A stretch of 64,000 nucleotides of DNA from Pseudomonadota bacterium (GTDB lineage Bacteria; Campylobacterota; Campylobacteria; Campylobacterales; Sulfurimonadaceae), in assembly GCA_043797085.1 (NCBI GenBank), contig JAZDQA010000011.1, forward strand, positions 64,001-128,000, in the 5' to 3' direction. The notes under the pieces were generated by a model. It was not told the DNA's origin. It did not search any database and saw nothing but the letters and a program-made list of their open reading frames with translations. The translations under genes were made by a program, and so were the position numbers. Position 1 is the stretch's first letter, and every line of letters begins with the position of its first letter. Shown one piece after another: positions 8,944-18,307 of this stretch.

Positions 8944-9600
8944 TTATTTTGGCGCTGCACTACTATATTCACCATAAAATTCATTTAACCATTCTTCGCC
9001 TTGAGCAGTAAAAATATCTAGTTTTGCATAAGAGAAAAATTGAAGGTAAGTGAGATTATTCCATTTATCTGGCAAATAATTTCTACTTACTTCAATCCTT
9101 GCCCACGTATTTGAATGATCACCATCCCAAATAACAAAAGTAATTTTTCCAATATCTGATCTAGCAAATAATTTTTTACTTAGATTAAATGCTTTAATTG
9201 CAACACTATTCCATGCCTGTACCCCACTCCAACTACTTGATTCTATCTCTATGTCGATATTATTAAGCCCTTTATGTTCTCCTGCATATTGCATTTGTAT
9301 GTTAGCAGATACAACATCAGAAGATATTGACTTTATAGATTCTTCTGATAATTTTTTAGTATTTATGTAGGTATCACTTTCTATTATAGCAACTTCTTTT
9401 TGTTCATTTTTTGGTGTATTAATATTTTCAGATTTTGGAGCTGCAATAGCTATAATAATCGTCCATACTAGAAAACCTGCTACCCCACCTACTAAATGAG
9501 AAATAATCTTTCCATCCCCTTTTCCTATTCTATTTTTTGATAGGTATTTCCATGTAAAGTATGCTGCGATTCCGCCTACAATAAAAAATAAAAATGTCAC
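8944..9600 (-). CDS. Membrane-anchored hypothetical protein (immunity-region moron)
   Basis: Two N-terminal TM segments plus a soluble domain; AT-rich; GGAG RBS with GTG start. Confidence 0.65.
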   Translation of the reverse strand: MTFLFFIVGGIAAYFTWKYLSKNRIGKGDGKIISHLVGGVAGFLVWTIIIAIAAPKSENINTPKNEQKEVAIIESDTYINTKKLSEESIKSISSDVVSANIQMQYAGEHKGLNNIDIEIESSSWSGVQAWNSVAIKAFNLSKKLFARSDIGKITFVIWDGDHSNTWARIEVSRNYLPDKWNNLTYLQFFSYAKLDIFTAQGEEWLNEFYGEYSSAAPK

Positions 9601-9609
9601 AATAGTCTC

Positions 9610-9858
9610 CTAATTACATAGTGATTCGCATGGAACCCCATCTTTGTCTCTGTCGAGTTTTCTAACTCCACACTCATTTAGATAAAACTTTGCCTCAGCA
9701 CAGGTATTCATCTCTTTACATTTATCTTTTCCGCTGCAAGAGAATCTCTCTGACTTTTGCTTTGGCTCTTTTTTCTGTTTTTCTGCCGCGTTTAGCGTGC
9801 ATGAGCTCATAATTATAACCGACAACACGGCAACTTTTAGTATTTTGTATTCTTTCAT
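9610..9858 (-). CDS. Secreted Excalibur calcium-binding domain protein
   Basis: Signal peptide; CKEMNTCAEAKFYL..C...LDRDKDGVPCE motif. Confidence 0.8.
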   Translation of the reverse strand: MKEYKILKVAVLSVIIMSSCTLNAAEKQKKEPKQKSERFSCSGKDKCKEMNTCAEAKFYLNECGVRKLDRDKDGVPCESLCN

Positions 9859-9892
9859 TTAAGACTCCTAAAATTAAAAAACTTGACAATAC

Positions 9893-9922
9893 TTGACAAT
9901 AGTGTCAATTAATGTCTATAAT
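9893..9922 (+). promoter_or_regulatory. Rightward early promoter with operator repeats
   Basis: TTGACA 9893-9898, 18 bp, TATAAT 9917-9922; ACTTGACAAT tandem at 9881-9900. Confidence 0.75.
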
Positions 9923-9999
9923 TGCAGACCAACCTATTTATCTGAGCGGCGGTTGGACCTTCGGGGCCGCTCTTCAGATAAGTGTCCAAAGGATACACA

Positions 10000-10518
10000 A
10001 TGCCTATCTCGAAAACTACATGGTTCTATAAAGCAATCGACTCAGCTCTAAACGCTTTTGGTGAACGTCATCACATAACAGCTCGCCAACATTTCGCGCC
10101 ATTGCTCGGATATCATGGTGATAATGCAAGCATACAGCTCGGAACCGCTCTGAATTGTACCACATACAACCCCATCACCCCAAAACCTATTTCTATCGAT
10201 CAACTCTCTGTCTTACTTGATGAGCTTGGAAGTGATAAAAAAATCATCCTAGATGCTATTGCAAAACAATGTGATGGCGTTTTTAACTTCAGTGCACAGG
10301 CTTCACCAACACAAAGTGAAAGTGTAAAGGATGAGTTGTTGATGATCGCAGCATTTGCCGGTAACTTATCGGCAAAGTTTTTGGAGTACAAAAACAATGA
10401 CGGATGCATCGATGAACTTGAGGCGAATGAGCTAGAGCGTATCGCGTATGAGACACGACAACACTTGAGATCATTCGAAGATATGATTGAACTTCAAAAA
10501 GCAAAAATGGAGGATTGA
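10000..10518 (+). CDS. Phage regulatory CII-like protein
   Basis: First gene after the rightward promoter; C-terminal DGCIDELE..EL pattern typical of 186/P2 CII-like proteins. Confidence 0.5.
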   Translation: MPISKTTWFYKAIDSALNAFGERHHITARQHFAPLLGYHGDNASIQLGTALNCTTYNPITPKPISIDQLSVLLDELGSDKKIILDAIAKQCDGVFNFSAQASPTQSESVKDELLMIAAFAGNLSAKFLEYKNNDGCIDELEANELERIAYETRQHLRSFEDMIELQKAKMED

Positions 10519-10519
10519 T

Positions 10520-10798
10520 ATGGCAAAGATAACGTTTAAAAAAGGTTCCACACCGTATACGCTTCACACTCACTTCTCTTTAGGGGGGTCATTTACTTAT
10601 GATGAAGCCTACCAAAAAGATATTCGCCATCTTTCTCAGCGTATTGCTGATCTAAAGTCTAAATTTTTAGAAGCTGGTATCAAAGATTTGATCATGGTAA
10701 TCGATGAGCCAAATGAGCGTGGTGGATTTCATGCCCGGTATTTTTATCGTGGGTATGGTTGCCTGCTGGAAAATAAAGATGGAGCGAGGGTCTACTAA
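10520..10798 (+). CDS. Putative winged-HTH protein
   Basis: GGAGG RBS; FTYDEA...HLSQRIADLK pattern. Confidence 0.5.
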   Translation: MAKITFKKGSTPYTLHTHFSLGGSFTYDEAYQKDIRHLSQRIADLKSKFLEAGIKDLIMVIDEPNERGGFHARYFYRGYGCLLENKDGARVY

Positions 10799-10935
10799 TG
10801 AGAATTAAACATAATCTCCTCCTCACTGCTAATAAGATCGTTATGAAAACCCCTATCCTATCATTTAATATCAAAGTAAAAATTAGAAAAATAATTATGA
10901 CTGAGCTGAAATCCAGCGGGTTTAAAGGTCTATAA
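10798..10935 (+). CDS. Small hypothetical protein (45 aa, absent from ORF track)
   Basis: Fills the gap exactly, with TAATG overlaps at both ends. Confidence 0.45.
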   Translation: MRIKHNLLLTANKIVMKTPILSFNIKVKIRKIIMTELKSSGFKGL

Positions 10936-12197
10936 TGGAACAGCACCTCTATAACCTTGCTTTTGAGCGTTCAGTTCTTTCATCGCTTTTGTTTATTCAT
11001 GATTTTGATACTGTAGATGAGATGGTAGCTCTACTCAATGAAGATCTGTTTTTTCTCCAATCCCACAAAGATATTTGTGCTGCCATTATTAAGCTTCAAT
11101 TATCTGGGTTACCGATCGAAGAGAGTTTTATCCAAAAACACATGGTGCAAACTGGTAAGTTCGATGAAAGAGTGATGGTTGAAATCCTGACAGCTAACAG
11201 CATGGCGAACATAAAACCATATATCGATGCTCTTATGGAGTTTGCACGAAAGCGAAAGCTAGAACAGCTGTCATTCAATATCCGAAAAATGATTAGTGAA
11301 GAAAATAATAGTGCTGATGACATTGAATCCATGCTAGAACTATCTCTCAGTGAGTCTCAGATCAAGAGCGGTATGACGATGCCTGTCACAATGGAGAGAG
11401 CTATCGAAGAGTTCCATAACATGACAATCCCTGAACCGATTCGTACTGGTATAGAAAGCCTCGATAATCTACTGTGTGGAGGGTTTGAACCTGCACAACT
11501 CGTTCATATCGGTGGAGAGCGTAACGTCGGTAAAACAACGCTCATGAAGCAGATATTATTTAATACATCAGTCAACTACGACACACTCTTCTTTAGCTTC
11601 GAAATGCCTAAATGGAAGATGGCCAAATATACTGAGCGTATGACCGGTAAAAGCAATATGAAGCGGTATCACATCATCGACACGAACATGATGAAAAGCC
11701 GTGACGTTACTGATGTAGCACGTATGATCAGAACAATGTGGAGAAAACACGGTATACGATTCGCGCTGATAGATTCAAAGATGAAACTAAACCACCGTTC
11801 TTATAAAGGGAACAGTGACGCTGAGAAAAAAGGAGAGATTGACTCTATCCTCAGTGCAGTAACGCAAGAGACTGGAATCGTTATCCTGATGATTGTACAG
11901 GCTTCACGTGAAGAGCTAAAGAACGGAAAGATGGGAAGCTACGGTTCTGTATTGTCCGACTATGAGACAGATATGCAGCTGATGCTTAAAAAGACTGATG
12001 GTGGGATAGAAGTAAGTTGTGAGAAGAATCGACAAGAGGTATTACATTACCCTGCGAAACTTTGGTTTAACGAGAAAGAGCTGAAGTTTGACAGTATAAA
12101 AGCGGACATTGTGCACTATAAGATGCCATCATCGTATACGGATCGCGCTTCTTTGATTGCAGGCAATGATGAGAAAGTTGAGATTGTAGTCCTATGA
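10935..12197 (+). CDS. DnaB-like replicative helicase
   Basis: DnaB N-terminal pattern (ERSVLSSLL, FF..HKDI); TGIESLD, Walker A GERNVGKT, FFSFEM, EKNR. Confidence 0.85.
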   Translation: MEQHLYNLAFERSVLSSLLFIHDFDTVDEMVALLNEDLFFLQSHKDICAAIIKLQLSGLPIEESFIQKHMVQTGKFDERVMVEILTANSMANIKPYIDALMEFARKRKLEQLSFNIRKMISEENNSADDIESMLELSLSESQIKSGMTMPVTMERAIEEFHNMTIPEPIRTGIESLDNLLCGGFEPAQLVHIGGERNVGKTTLMKQILFNTSVNYDTLFFSFEMPKWKMAKYTERMTGKSNMKRYHIIDTNMMKSRDVTDVARMIRTMWRKHGIRFALIDSKMKLNHRSYKGNSDAEKKGEIDSILSAVTQETGIVILMIVQASREELKNGKMGSYGSVLSDYETDMQLMLKKTDGGIEVSCEKNRQEVLHYPAKLWFNEKELKFDSIKADIVHYKMPSSYTDRASLIAGNDEKVEIVVL

Positions 12198-13030
12198 GAA
12201 TGAATTATAAGAGCTACCCAACCGATTTTATTCAACAACTCAAACGTGAGCGTGGTGTAGCAGGCCGTAAGAAAGCGCGTGCGTTTATGGAGTTTTGGGA
12301 TGATATGGAACATGGAGATCACAACAGTGAATCATTTTATGCAAAGTCATGGGACGTATCTCGCAGTACTTCTCATGAATGGATCAAAGAGTTTAAAATA
12401 GAAATGGACTTATATATCGATCACATGTTCTTAAAAAATCAGCAACACTATAATCACGCTGTATTTTCAACCGAGCAAAACGAGCAAAGACAACCGAGCA
12501 AAACGAGCACAAATAAACCCCGTACTATAGGCACTTCTACAATATCAACCGAGCAAACCGAGCAAGGCTTACCGAGGGAAGCTTTTAATCTATATGATAA
12601 TAATAACGTGCGTGAACTTCGTAGAGAATGGTGGAATGATGCTGAGTTTAACGATTTGTTTTTTATCTACTCTCAGAATACTAAGTTCGTCGGTAAAAAA
12701 GAGGATGCATTCGAACAATTCACTAAAACAGAAATGAACCCATCTATCATAATCCTATCCGCTGTCCAATATCTACATGATCCTGCTATCGGTGGGAAAC
12801 ACTATAATCTTGCAAACTTCCTCAAAAATGAAACATACTTGGCATATATTCCTAAGATGATCAAGGTGCGCCATGGTGATCAAGACATCGTCGGTGAGTA
12901 TGATCGAGTCAATCAGCGTATCATTGAGAGTGGAAGCAATCGTTTTATAGTGTTGACTCCCGAGCGATTAGTTGAATTATTCAAAGCAGGTGCATTAGAG
13001 TTTATCAAACCAGTGGGGAGAGCAGCATGA
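12194..13030 (+). CDS. Putative replication initiator containing iterons
   Basis: Coupled to the helicase; N-terminal HTH-like segment; internal 19-bp repeats as in lambda O-type genes. Confidence 0.55.
   Translation: MRMNYKSYPTDFIQQLKRERGVAGRKKARAFMEFWDDMEHGDHNSESFYAKSWDVSRSTSHEWIKEFKIEMDLYIDHMFLKNQQHYNHAVFSTEQNEQRQPSKTSTNKPRTIGTSTISTEQTEQGLPREAFNLYDNNNVRELRREWWNDAEFNDLFFIYSQNTKFVGKKEDAFEQFTKTEMNPSIIILSAVQYLHDPAIGGKHYNLANFLKNETYLAYIPKMIKVRHGDQDIVGEYDRVNQRIIESGSNRFIVLTPERLVELFKAGALEFIKPVGRAA
12468..12564 (+). repeat. Three 19-bp iterons CAACCGAGCAAA(A/C)CGAGCA, putative phage origin
   Basis: Copies at 12468-12486, 12491-12509 (identical) and 12546-12564 (1 mismatch). Confidence 0.7.
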
Positions 13031-13617
13031 TCGTAACGATTGATATGACTGGGCAAGAAGCATTACTCAAAGCAGTTAACCCAAACACTGCAAAGAAAGC
13101 AATCAAGAGAACACTCAAGGAATTAATGAGCAGCGCTATGACTGCCGGACAAAAAGAAGTAACAAAAACATACAACCTCAAGACCTCACAGCTCAAAAGA
13201 TATATTGGAAGTCGTGTCGTATCTAATGCAGGGCTACAGGTATCTGTATCTATCCGATCGCAAGGATATGTCTCTATGTTTAATTTTATAAACAAGGCGA
13301 GTATCCAAAGCTCACTTACCCGTAAAAACAAAAATAGTAAGGGCAAAGTTAAAGTGAAGATCATCAAAGGAGGCGGTGCTCATACGTTCCGTCATGCATT
13401 CGTGATGATAGGAAAGAGTGGAAACATCGGTATCTTTGAGCGTGTACGTGGAGTGAAGTCATCAACGGGTAACGATAAGATCACTCGCCTCAATACTGTT
13501 GGACCTATAGGGATGTTCGAGAAGATTGGACTCCCTATCATCCAAGATCATGTGACATCACGCGCTGCTAATGTACTAAAGCGAAACCTTGCATTCTATA
13601 TGAGTAAAGAGTCATGA
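13027..13617 (+). CDS. GpZ-like tail completion protein
   Basis: Basic protein with KKAIKRTL and HAF...GIFER patterns; position before terminase. Confidence 0.55.
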   Translation: MIVTIDMTGQEALLKAVNPNTAKKAIKRTLKELMSSAMTAGQKEVTKTYNLKTSQLKRYIGSRVVSNAGLQVSVSIRSQGYVSMFNFINKASIQSSLTRKNKNSKGKVKVKIIKGGGAHTFRHAFVMIGKSGNIGIFERVRGVKSSTGNDKITRLNTVGPIGMFEKIGLPIIQDHVTSRAANVLKRNLAFYMSKES

Positions 13618-13752
13618 TAAAAACATTAAGGTACTCCGCCATAGTTACCGTAGTGCGGGGCTTAAGACTCGCGGAAAGTCTCTATTTTTTGAGTCCTAAA
13701 CTTCCTAAACTTTCCAGTTGTGGAATGTTTACTAAACAAACAATAGGGTAGA

Positions 13753-14448
13753 TTGATGGTTAATTTAATTACTGCTTCACAATGTTTGATCAAGCTTGAG
13801 AATGATGGTATTAAATATACAAAAGGGTATTTTTCCCAAATGACAAGCGACGGTAAAATTCCATGGCACCCAAAAGCAGATAGCCCAAAAAAATTCTATA
13901 TTTACGAAGAGGTACTTGAAGCAATCAAAAACACTCAAGATCCAACCCGTGACGCTCAAAGAGAAGCAAACGAGCAAAAGCGTGCAGAGCCCATCGATTT
14001 GTTTGCTGCCGTCGGAACGTATGAGAGTATTGCCGATATGAGTGATGATGAGCGTGAGGCCTATGACATCGAATGTAGAAGAGAGCTAGAAGAGGCACGT
14101 AAGGCAAGAGAAGCCGCTTTAGCAGCTGGAGCAAAAGATACCAGTGATAATGAAGAAAAAGACCTTACAACAATGAAATTGAACGATGTAAAAATTGCTA
14201 AAGAGTATTGGTTGGGAGAAAAAGCAAAAGCTGAAGTCGAACAGATGAAAAAAGTACTCATCCCAAAAAATGAGGTTGCCGGGGTAATTGAGTTTATGAT
14301 CTCTCCAATCAATACCAAACTCGATGAGATACCACATAAGATGAGGGCTAATTTTAGTGATTTTCCTGAGAAACAATACCGTTGGCTAATTGATCATATC
14401 AATCATCTCAAAGAAGAGCTCCATAACAGTGGGAAAGAGCTTCTATGA
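13753..14448 (+). CDS. Terminase small subunit
   Basis: Directly upstream of and overlapping terL; N-terminal HTH-like region and coiled C-terminus. Confidence 0.7.
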   Translation: MMVNLITASQCLIKLENDGIKYTKGYFSQMTSDGKIPWHPKADSPKKFYIYEEVLEAIKNTQDPTRDAQREANEQKRAEPIDLFAAVGTYESIADMSDDEREAYDIECRRELEEARKAREAALAAGAKDTSDNEEKDLTTMKLNDVKIAKEYWLGEKAKAEVEQMKKVLIPKNEVAGVIEFMISPINTKLDEIPHKMRANFSDFPEKQYRWLIDHINHLKEELHNSGKELL

Positions 14449-16304
14449 CTCAGATCATGAGCCAACGTCAGATTGAGCTTGTAGCGTTTGGTCTAATGCT
14501 ATTTAAACCAAAGCCAATCTTAACAGGAAGTGAGTGGGCAGATGAGTATTTTTATCTCTCTCCAGAGTCAAGCGCTCGCCCAGGAAAGTGGAAAACAGAT
14601 CCGTGGCAAAAAGAAATACTCGATGAGATGACTAATGCTACTACCCCTTTTGTGTCGGTTGAAAAATCAGCACGTGTAGGGTACACCAAAATGCTCAATA
14701 TCACGCAGTGCTATTTTATCCATCAGGACCCATGCTCAATACTTCATGCCCAACCAACCGACGGAGATATCATAGGGTATGCAGAGGATGAATTTGAGCC
14801 TATGGTGCGTGATAATGACGTCATACGTGAAAGAGTAAATACACACAACAATCGAGGGCGTAATAAGCGAGAAAAAACGGTTAAAAAAATGTATCCGGGA
14901 GGAATATGGGAAGGGATTGGAGCACATTCTCCTCGTAATTTTAGACGGAGAACAACCAGAGTGACGATGGGAGATGAGATCGATGGATGGGAATTTGAAG
15001 CTGGTAAGGAAGGTGACCCTATAGCATTGTTCCAAAAACGTTCTCATGGGTTTTGGAATAGAAAGAATATTTTAGGCGGTACACCTACGCTTTTGAGAAT
15101 ATCAAAGATACATAAAAGTGTTAAAAGCGGTGATGGGCGCCGTAGATTTTTACCATGTCCCCATTGTAATTATATGCAAACGATTGAGTTTGATAATTTT
15201 CGATATGAGATCGATGAGATCGGGATGCTTGTCAAAGAATCGGTTATGCTTGAGTGTATAAACTGCTCAAAACTCATAGAAGAGAACAAAAAGATGTCAA
15301 TGGACGAAAAAGGGGAATGGAGAGCGGAGCGCCCATTTAACGGCCATGCTACTTTTATTATCTGGTCCGCATACGCACATGATCCTAACTATCGATGGCA
15401 CCACATTGTTCAGGAATATCTTGATAGCAAAGACGATGAGCTAAAGCTAAAGGTTTTTACCAATACGGTGCTTGGTAAACCATGGGAAGATAAGATCGAG
15501 AAGAATCAACCGGAGGATATCTTATCGCTCAAGATTGATTTATCAGAGGGGATCGTTCCTCCTAAAACTGCTGCATTGGTTATGGCGGTTGACGTCCAGA
15601 AAGATCACTTTTGGTTTGAGGTAAAAGGCTTGATCTATGGAAATGGTACACACCTGGTACGCTATGGGCGTGCTGAGACGTGGGCAGATATCGAAATGAT
15701 TATGAGAACACCGTATGTTGATGCATTAGGAGGGGTCCACATGGTACGCATTTGTGCAGTAGACTCAGGGTATTTGGCGGATGAAGTCTATGAGTTTTGT
15801 GCGATGAACTCAGATATCTGTATCCCAGTAAAGGGTGCCAGTCAGCGCATGAGCTCTCCCTATACTGTGAGCAATGTTGACAAAGACATAAATGGTCGCC
15901 CAGTAGCAACTGGGTTGAAGCTCTACAAGCTTGATACAGAGTTTTACAAAGATATCCTCGATGCAAAGATAAAGCGATCCATAGCAGCAGTATCGAACGA
16001 TGAGACGGCTCAAAATAATCTTATGAGCTTTCATAGCAGTACCGATGCTCTTTATGTGAAGCAATATACCAGTGAGTACAAACATACCGAAACCAATTCA
16101 AAAACAGGAGTAGAAAAAAGCGAATGGCGTAAAGTTGGGGAAAAAGCACCGAACCACCTTTGGGACTGTGGCACCTATATCACATTTCTAGGGGAATTAC
16201 TCGGAATACGGTTTTTGCCGTCCGAACCGATTGAAACGGTGGCACGATCACGCCGCCGCGAGCGTCCGGTTAGACAGCATGAAGATGATGAATCAAATTA
16301 TTAG
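14445..16304 (+). CDS. Terminase large subunit, lambda GpA family
   Basis: SEWADEY, KSARVGYT, GDEIDG, PCPHC, FTNTVLG, AVDVQ, NHLWDC. Confidence 0.95.
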   Translation: MTQIMSQRQIELVAFGLMLFKPKPILTGSEWADEYFYLSPESSARPGKWKTDPWQKEILDEMTNATTPFVSVEKSARVGYTKMLNITQCYFIHQDPCSILHAQPTDGDIIGYAEDEFEPMVRDNDVIRERVNTHNNRGRNKREKTVKKMYPGGIWEGIGAHSPRNFRRRTTRVTMGDEIDGWEFEAGKEGDPIALFQKRSHGFWNRKNILGGTPTLLRISKIHKSVKSGDGRRRFLPCPHCNYMQTIEFDNFRYEIDEIGMLVKESVMLECINCSKLIEENKKMSMDEKGEWRAERPFNGHATFIIWSAYAHDPNYRWHHIVQEYLDSKDDELKLKVFTNTVLGKPWEDKIEKNQPEDILSLKIDLSEGIVPPKTAALVMAVDVQKDHFWFEVKGLIYGNGTHLVRYGRAETWADIEMIMRTPYVDALGGVHMVRICAVDSGYLADEVYEFCAMNSDICIPVKGASQRMSSPYTVSNVDKDINGRPVATGLKLYKLDTEFYKDILDAKIKRSIAAVSNDETAQNNLMSFHSSTDALYVKQYTSEYKHTETNSKTGVEKSEWRKVGEKAPNHLWDCGTYITFLGELLGIRFLPSEPIETVARSRRRERPVRQHEDDESNY

Positions 16305-16313
16305 GAGAAATAA

Positions 16314-16511
16314 ATGTCATTTTGGGATAGAAGAGAAAATATCAAGAATAAACCCTCGGTTGAGCTGCGAACATCTCGCGTAATTGAAAAAATTATGGAC
16401 GATTATGAGATACCAATGGGGGTTGCCATAGAAAAATTGATGCGAGAAGATGGACTTTATGCCGAAACAATTGAACAATTATCTAAACTTTACCCAGATA
16501 TTACTAGCTAA
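16314..16511 (+). CDS. Hypothetical protein
   Basis: AGGAG RBS; 65 aa. Confidence 0.55.
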   Translation: MSFWDRRENIKNKPSVELRTSRVIEKIMDDYEIPMGVAIEKLMREDGLYAETIEQLSKLYPDITS

Positions 16512-16686
16512 TAGTTCTAAACTTTTATAAAAACTAAACTTTTAACCCCTATTTTGTGAACTTTTAATGAAGTAGCAGAAAAAAAAGAAAAAGTTTAGGG
16601 TAATAGTTTTTGAGCATGACCTAATTTTGATACCCTAAACAAACTTTTTGTATTTTCCTAAACTGCCACCATACTTTTAGAAAGGT

Positions 16687-16923
16687 TTGGTTTTGGCACA
16701 AACACTCGGACAACAACTTGACGCTGTTCAAACTGCTATCTCAGCTGTAGAGACTTCTCAAAGCTATGAGATGGACGGCAGGAAACTTACCAGAGCCGAT
16801 CTTTCAACACTTTACAAACGCGAAGATTCCCTAATCTCAAAGATCGAGATTTTCGGACGCGACTATGCACCTGGACAAAATACATCTCCTATGAAAACGA
16901 GAGCTAATGTTCGATTCTCTTAA
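16687..16923 (+). CDS. GpW-like head-tail joining protein
   Basis: QSYEMDGRKLTRADL motif, immediately before portal. Confidence 0.7.
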   Translation: MVLAQTLGQQLDAVQTAISAVETSQSYEMDGRKLTRADLSTLYKREDSLISKIEIFGRDYAPGQNTSPMKTRANVRFS

Positions 16924-18307
16924 AAGCGTATTTTCCCGCGGGAAAATCAAGCGTGGTTTTTATGAGGGCGGAAAACGCACCGGGACCAATCAAGATTTTT
17001 GGAATGCTAACAGTGATTTTGAGAATACTGCTTCACCTGATCGTGATACGATGCGTGCTCGCGCTCGTTGGCTCCATGAGAACAATGCGATCATGGCCAA
17101 TATCGATGCAACCATCGTCCGTAACAGTGTCGGGAATGGGTTCACCTTTCAATCCAAGTGTGGTAAAGAGAATATCGATAAGCAAATTGAAACTCTTTGG
17201 AATGCGTGGGTACAGCCTAAGAACTGTGATGTTACCGGGCGTCAGCATTTTGGCGGGATTCAGCAACTCATCCTTTCTCAGCGAATGTGTGACGGTGAAA
17301 TCGTTATCAAAAAGCATCTCTCTAAAAACAAAAAGAATCCTTTTCAAGTACAACTTATTGAGGCAGATCGTTTTGATACATCATATCGTGTTCGCGTAGA
17401 TAATTCAAATATTCTAAATAGCGTAGATGGTATCGAGCTGGACACGATGGGAGCTCCTCAAAACTATGTTTTTAGAGATGGGCTTATGAGCAACGTCAAG
17501 GTCCCAGCATCAGAAGTCATTCATTATTTTAAAATGGGGAATCGCTCTTCTCAGTACCGTGGATTATCAGAATATAAACAATCTATTGTTGATCTTCGCA
17601 ACTTCGCAGGGTATCAAACCTCTACTCTTAAATCTGCTCGTGCACGATCTAGCGTCGCCTACGCAATTGAGACAAACAACGTACAAGGGCACATGGCTTC
17701 TATGCTTCAAGGGAATAAAGAGGGAAGTGATCCAATCTATGACATTAACGGAGTAATGGTTCAATATCTGAATCAAGGTGAAAAACTCCATCAGTATGAC
17801 CCGGCCGTAAAAGGTGCGGAATATGGTGAGTTTGTTCGCGCATGTGTTCGCCTAATAGCTACTGCTCGACAGATCAGCTATGAGCTCGCATTTCGTGATT
17901 ATTCTCAGGTTAATTTTTCCAGTGCTCGCGCCTCTTTTATCCAAGATCACAAACGTTTCAGTAATGAACAGTGGCACATGGTTACCTATGTTCTTAATCC
18001 ACTGTTTGAATCATGGCTCGATGTGAATGTAATGGCTGGAAATATTAAAGGACTAGGAGTAAGTGCCTATTTCATAAATAAATCTGATTTTTGTCAGCCT
18101 CGCTGGGTAGCTCCTGCTCGTGAGTGGGTTGATCCACTTAAAGATATCAATGCAATTCAAAAAGAGATCGACATGGGTATCACAACTATTGAAGAGGTAG
18201 CTGCTGCACGAGGTAAAGACTTAGAAGATGTTATCGCATCAAGAGTAAAAATAAATAAGATGCTTAAAGATGCTGGAATTTTAACAAAGGAGGAAGCGAA
18301 TGCCTAA
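16907..18307 (+). CDS. Portal protein, lambda family
   Basis: MRARARWL..N, QLIEAD, QYRGLS, VNFSSAR, WVDPLKD. Confidence 0.92.
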   Translation: MFDSLKSVFSRGKIKRGFYEGGKRTGTNQDFWNANSDFENTASPDRDTMRARARWLHENNAIMANIDATIVRNSVGNGFTFQSKCGKENIDKQIETLWNAWVQPKNCDVTGRQHFGGIQQLILSQRMCDGEIVIKKHLSKNKKNPFQVQLIEADRFDTSYRVRVDNSNILNSVDGIELDTMGAPQNYVFRDGLMSNVKVPASEVIHYFKMGNRSSQYRGLSEYKQSIVDLRNFAGYQTSTLKSARARSSVAYAIETNNVQGHMASMLQGNKEGSDPIYDINGVMVQYLNQGEKLHQYDPAVKGAEYGEFVRACVRLIATARQISYELAFRDYSQVNFSSARASFIQDHKRFSNEQWHMVTYVLNPLFESWLDVNVMAGNIKGLGVSAYFINKSDFCQPRWVAPAREWVDPLKDINAIQKEIDMGITTIEEVAAARGKDLEDVIASRVKINKMLKDAGILTKEEANA

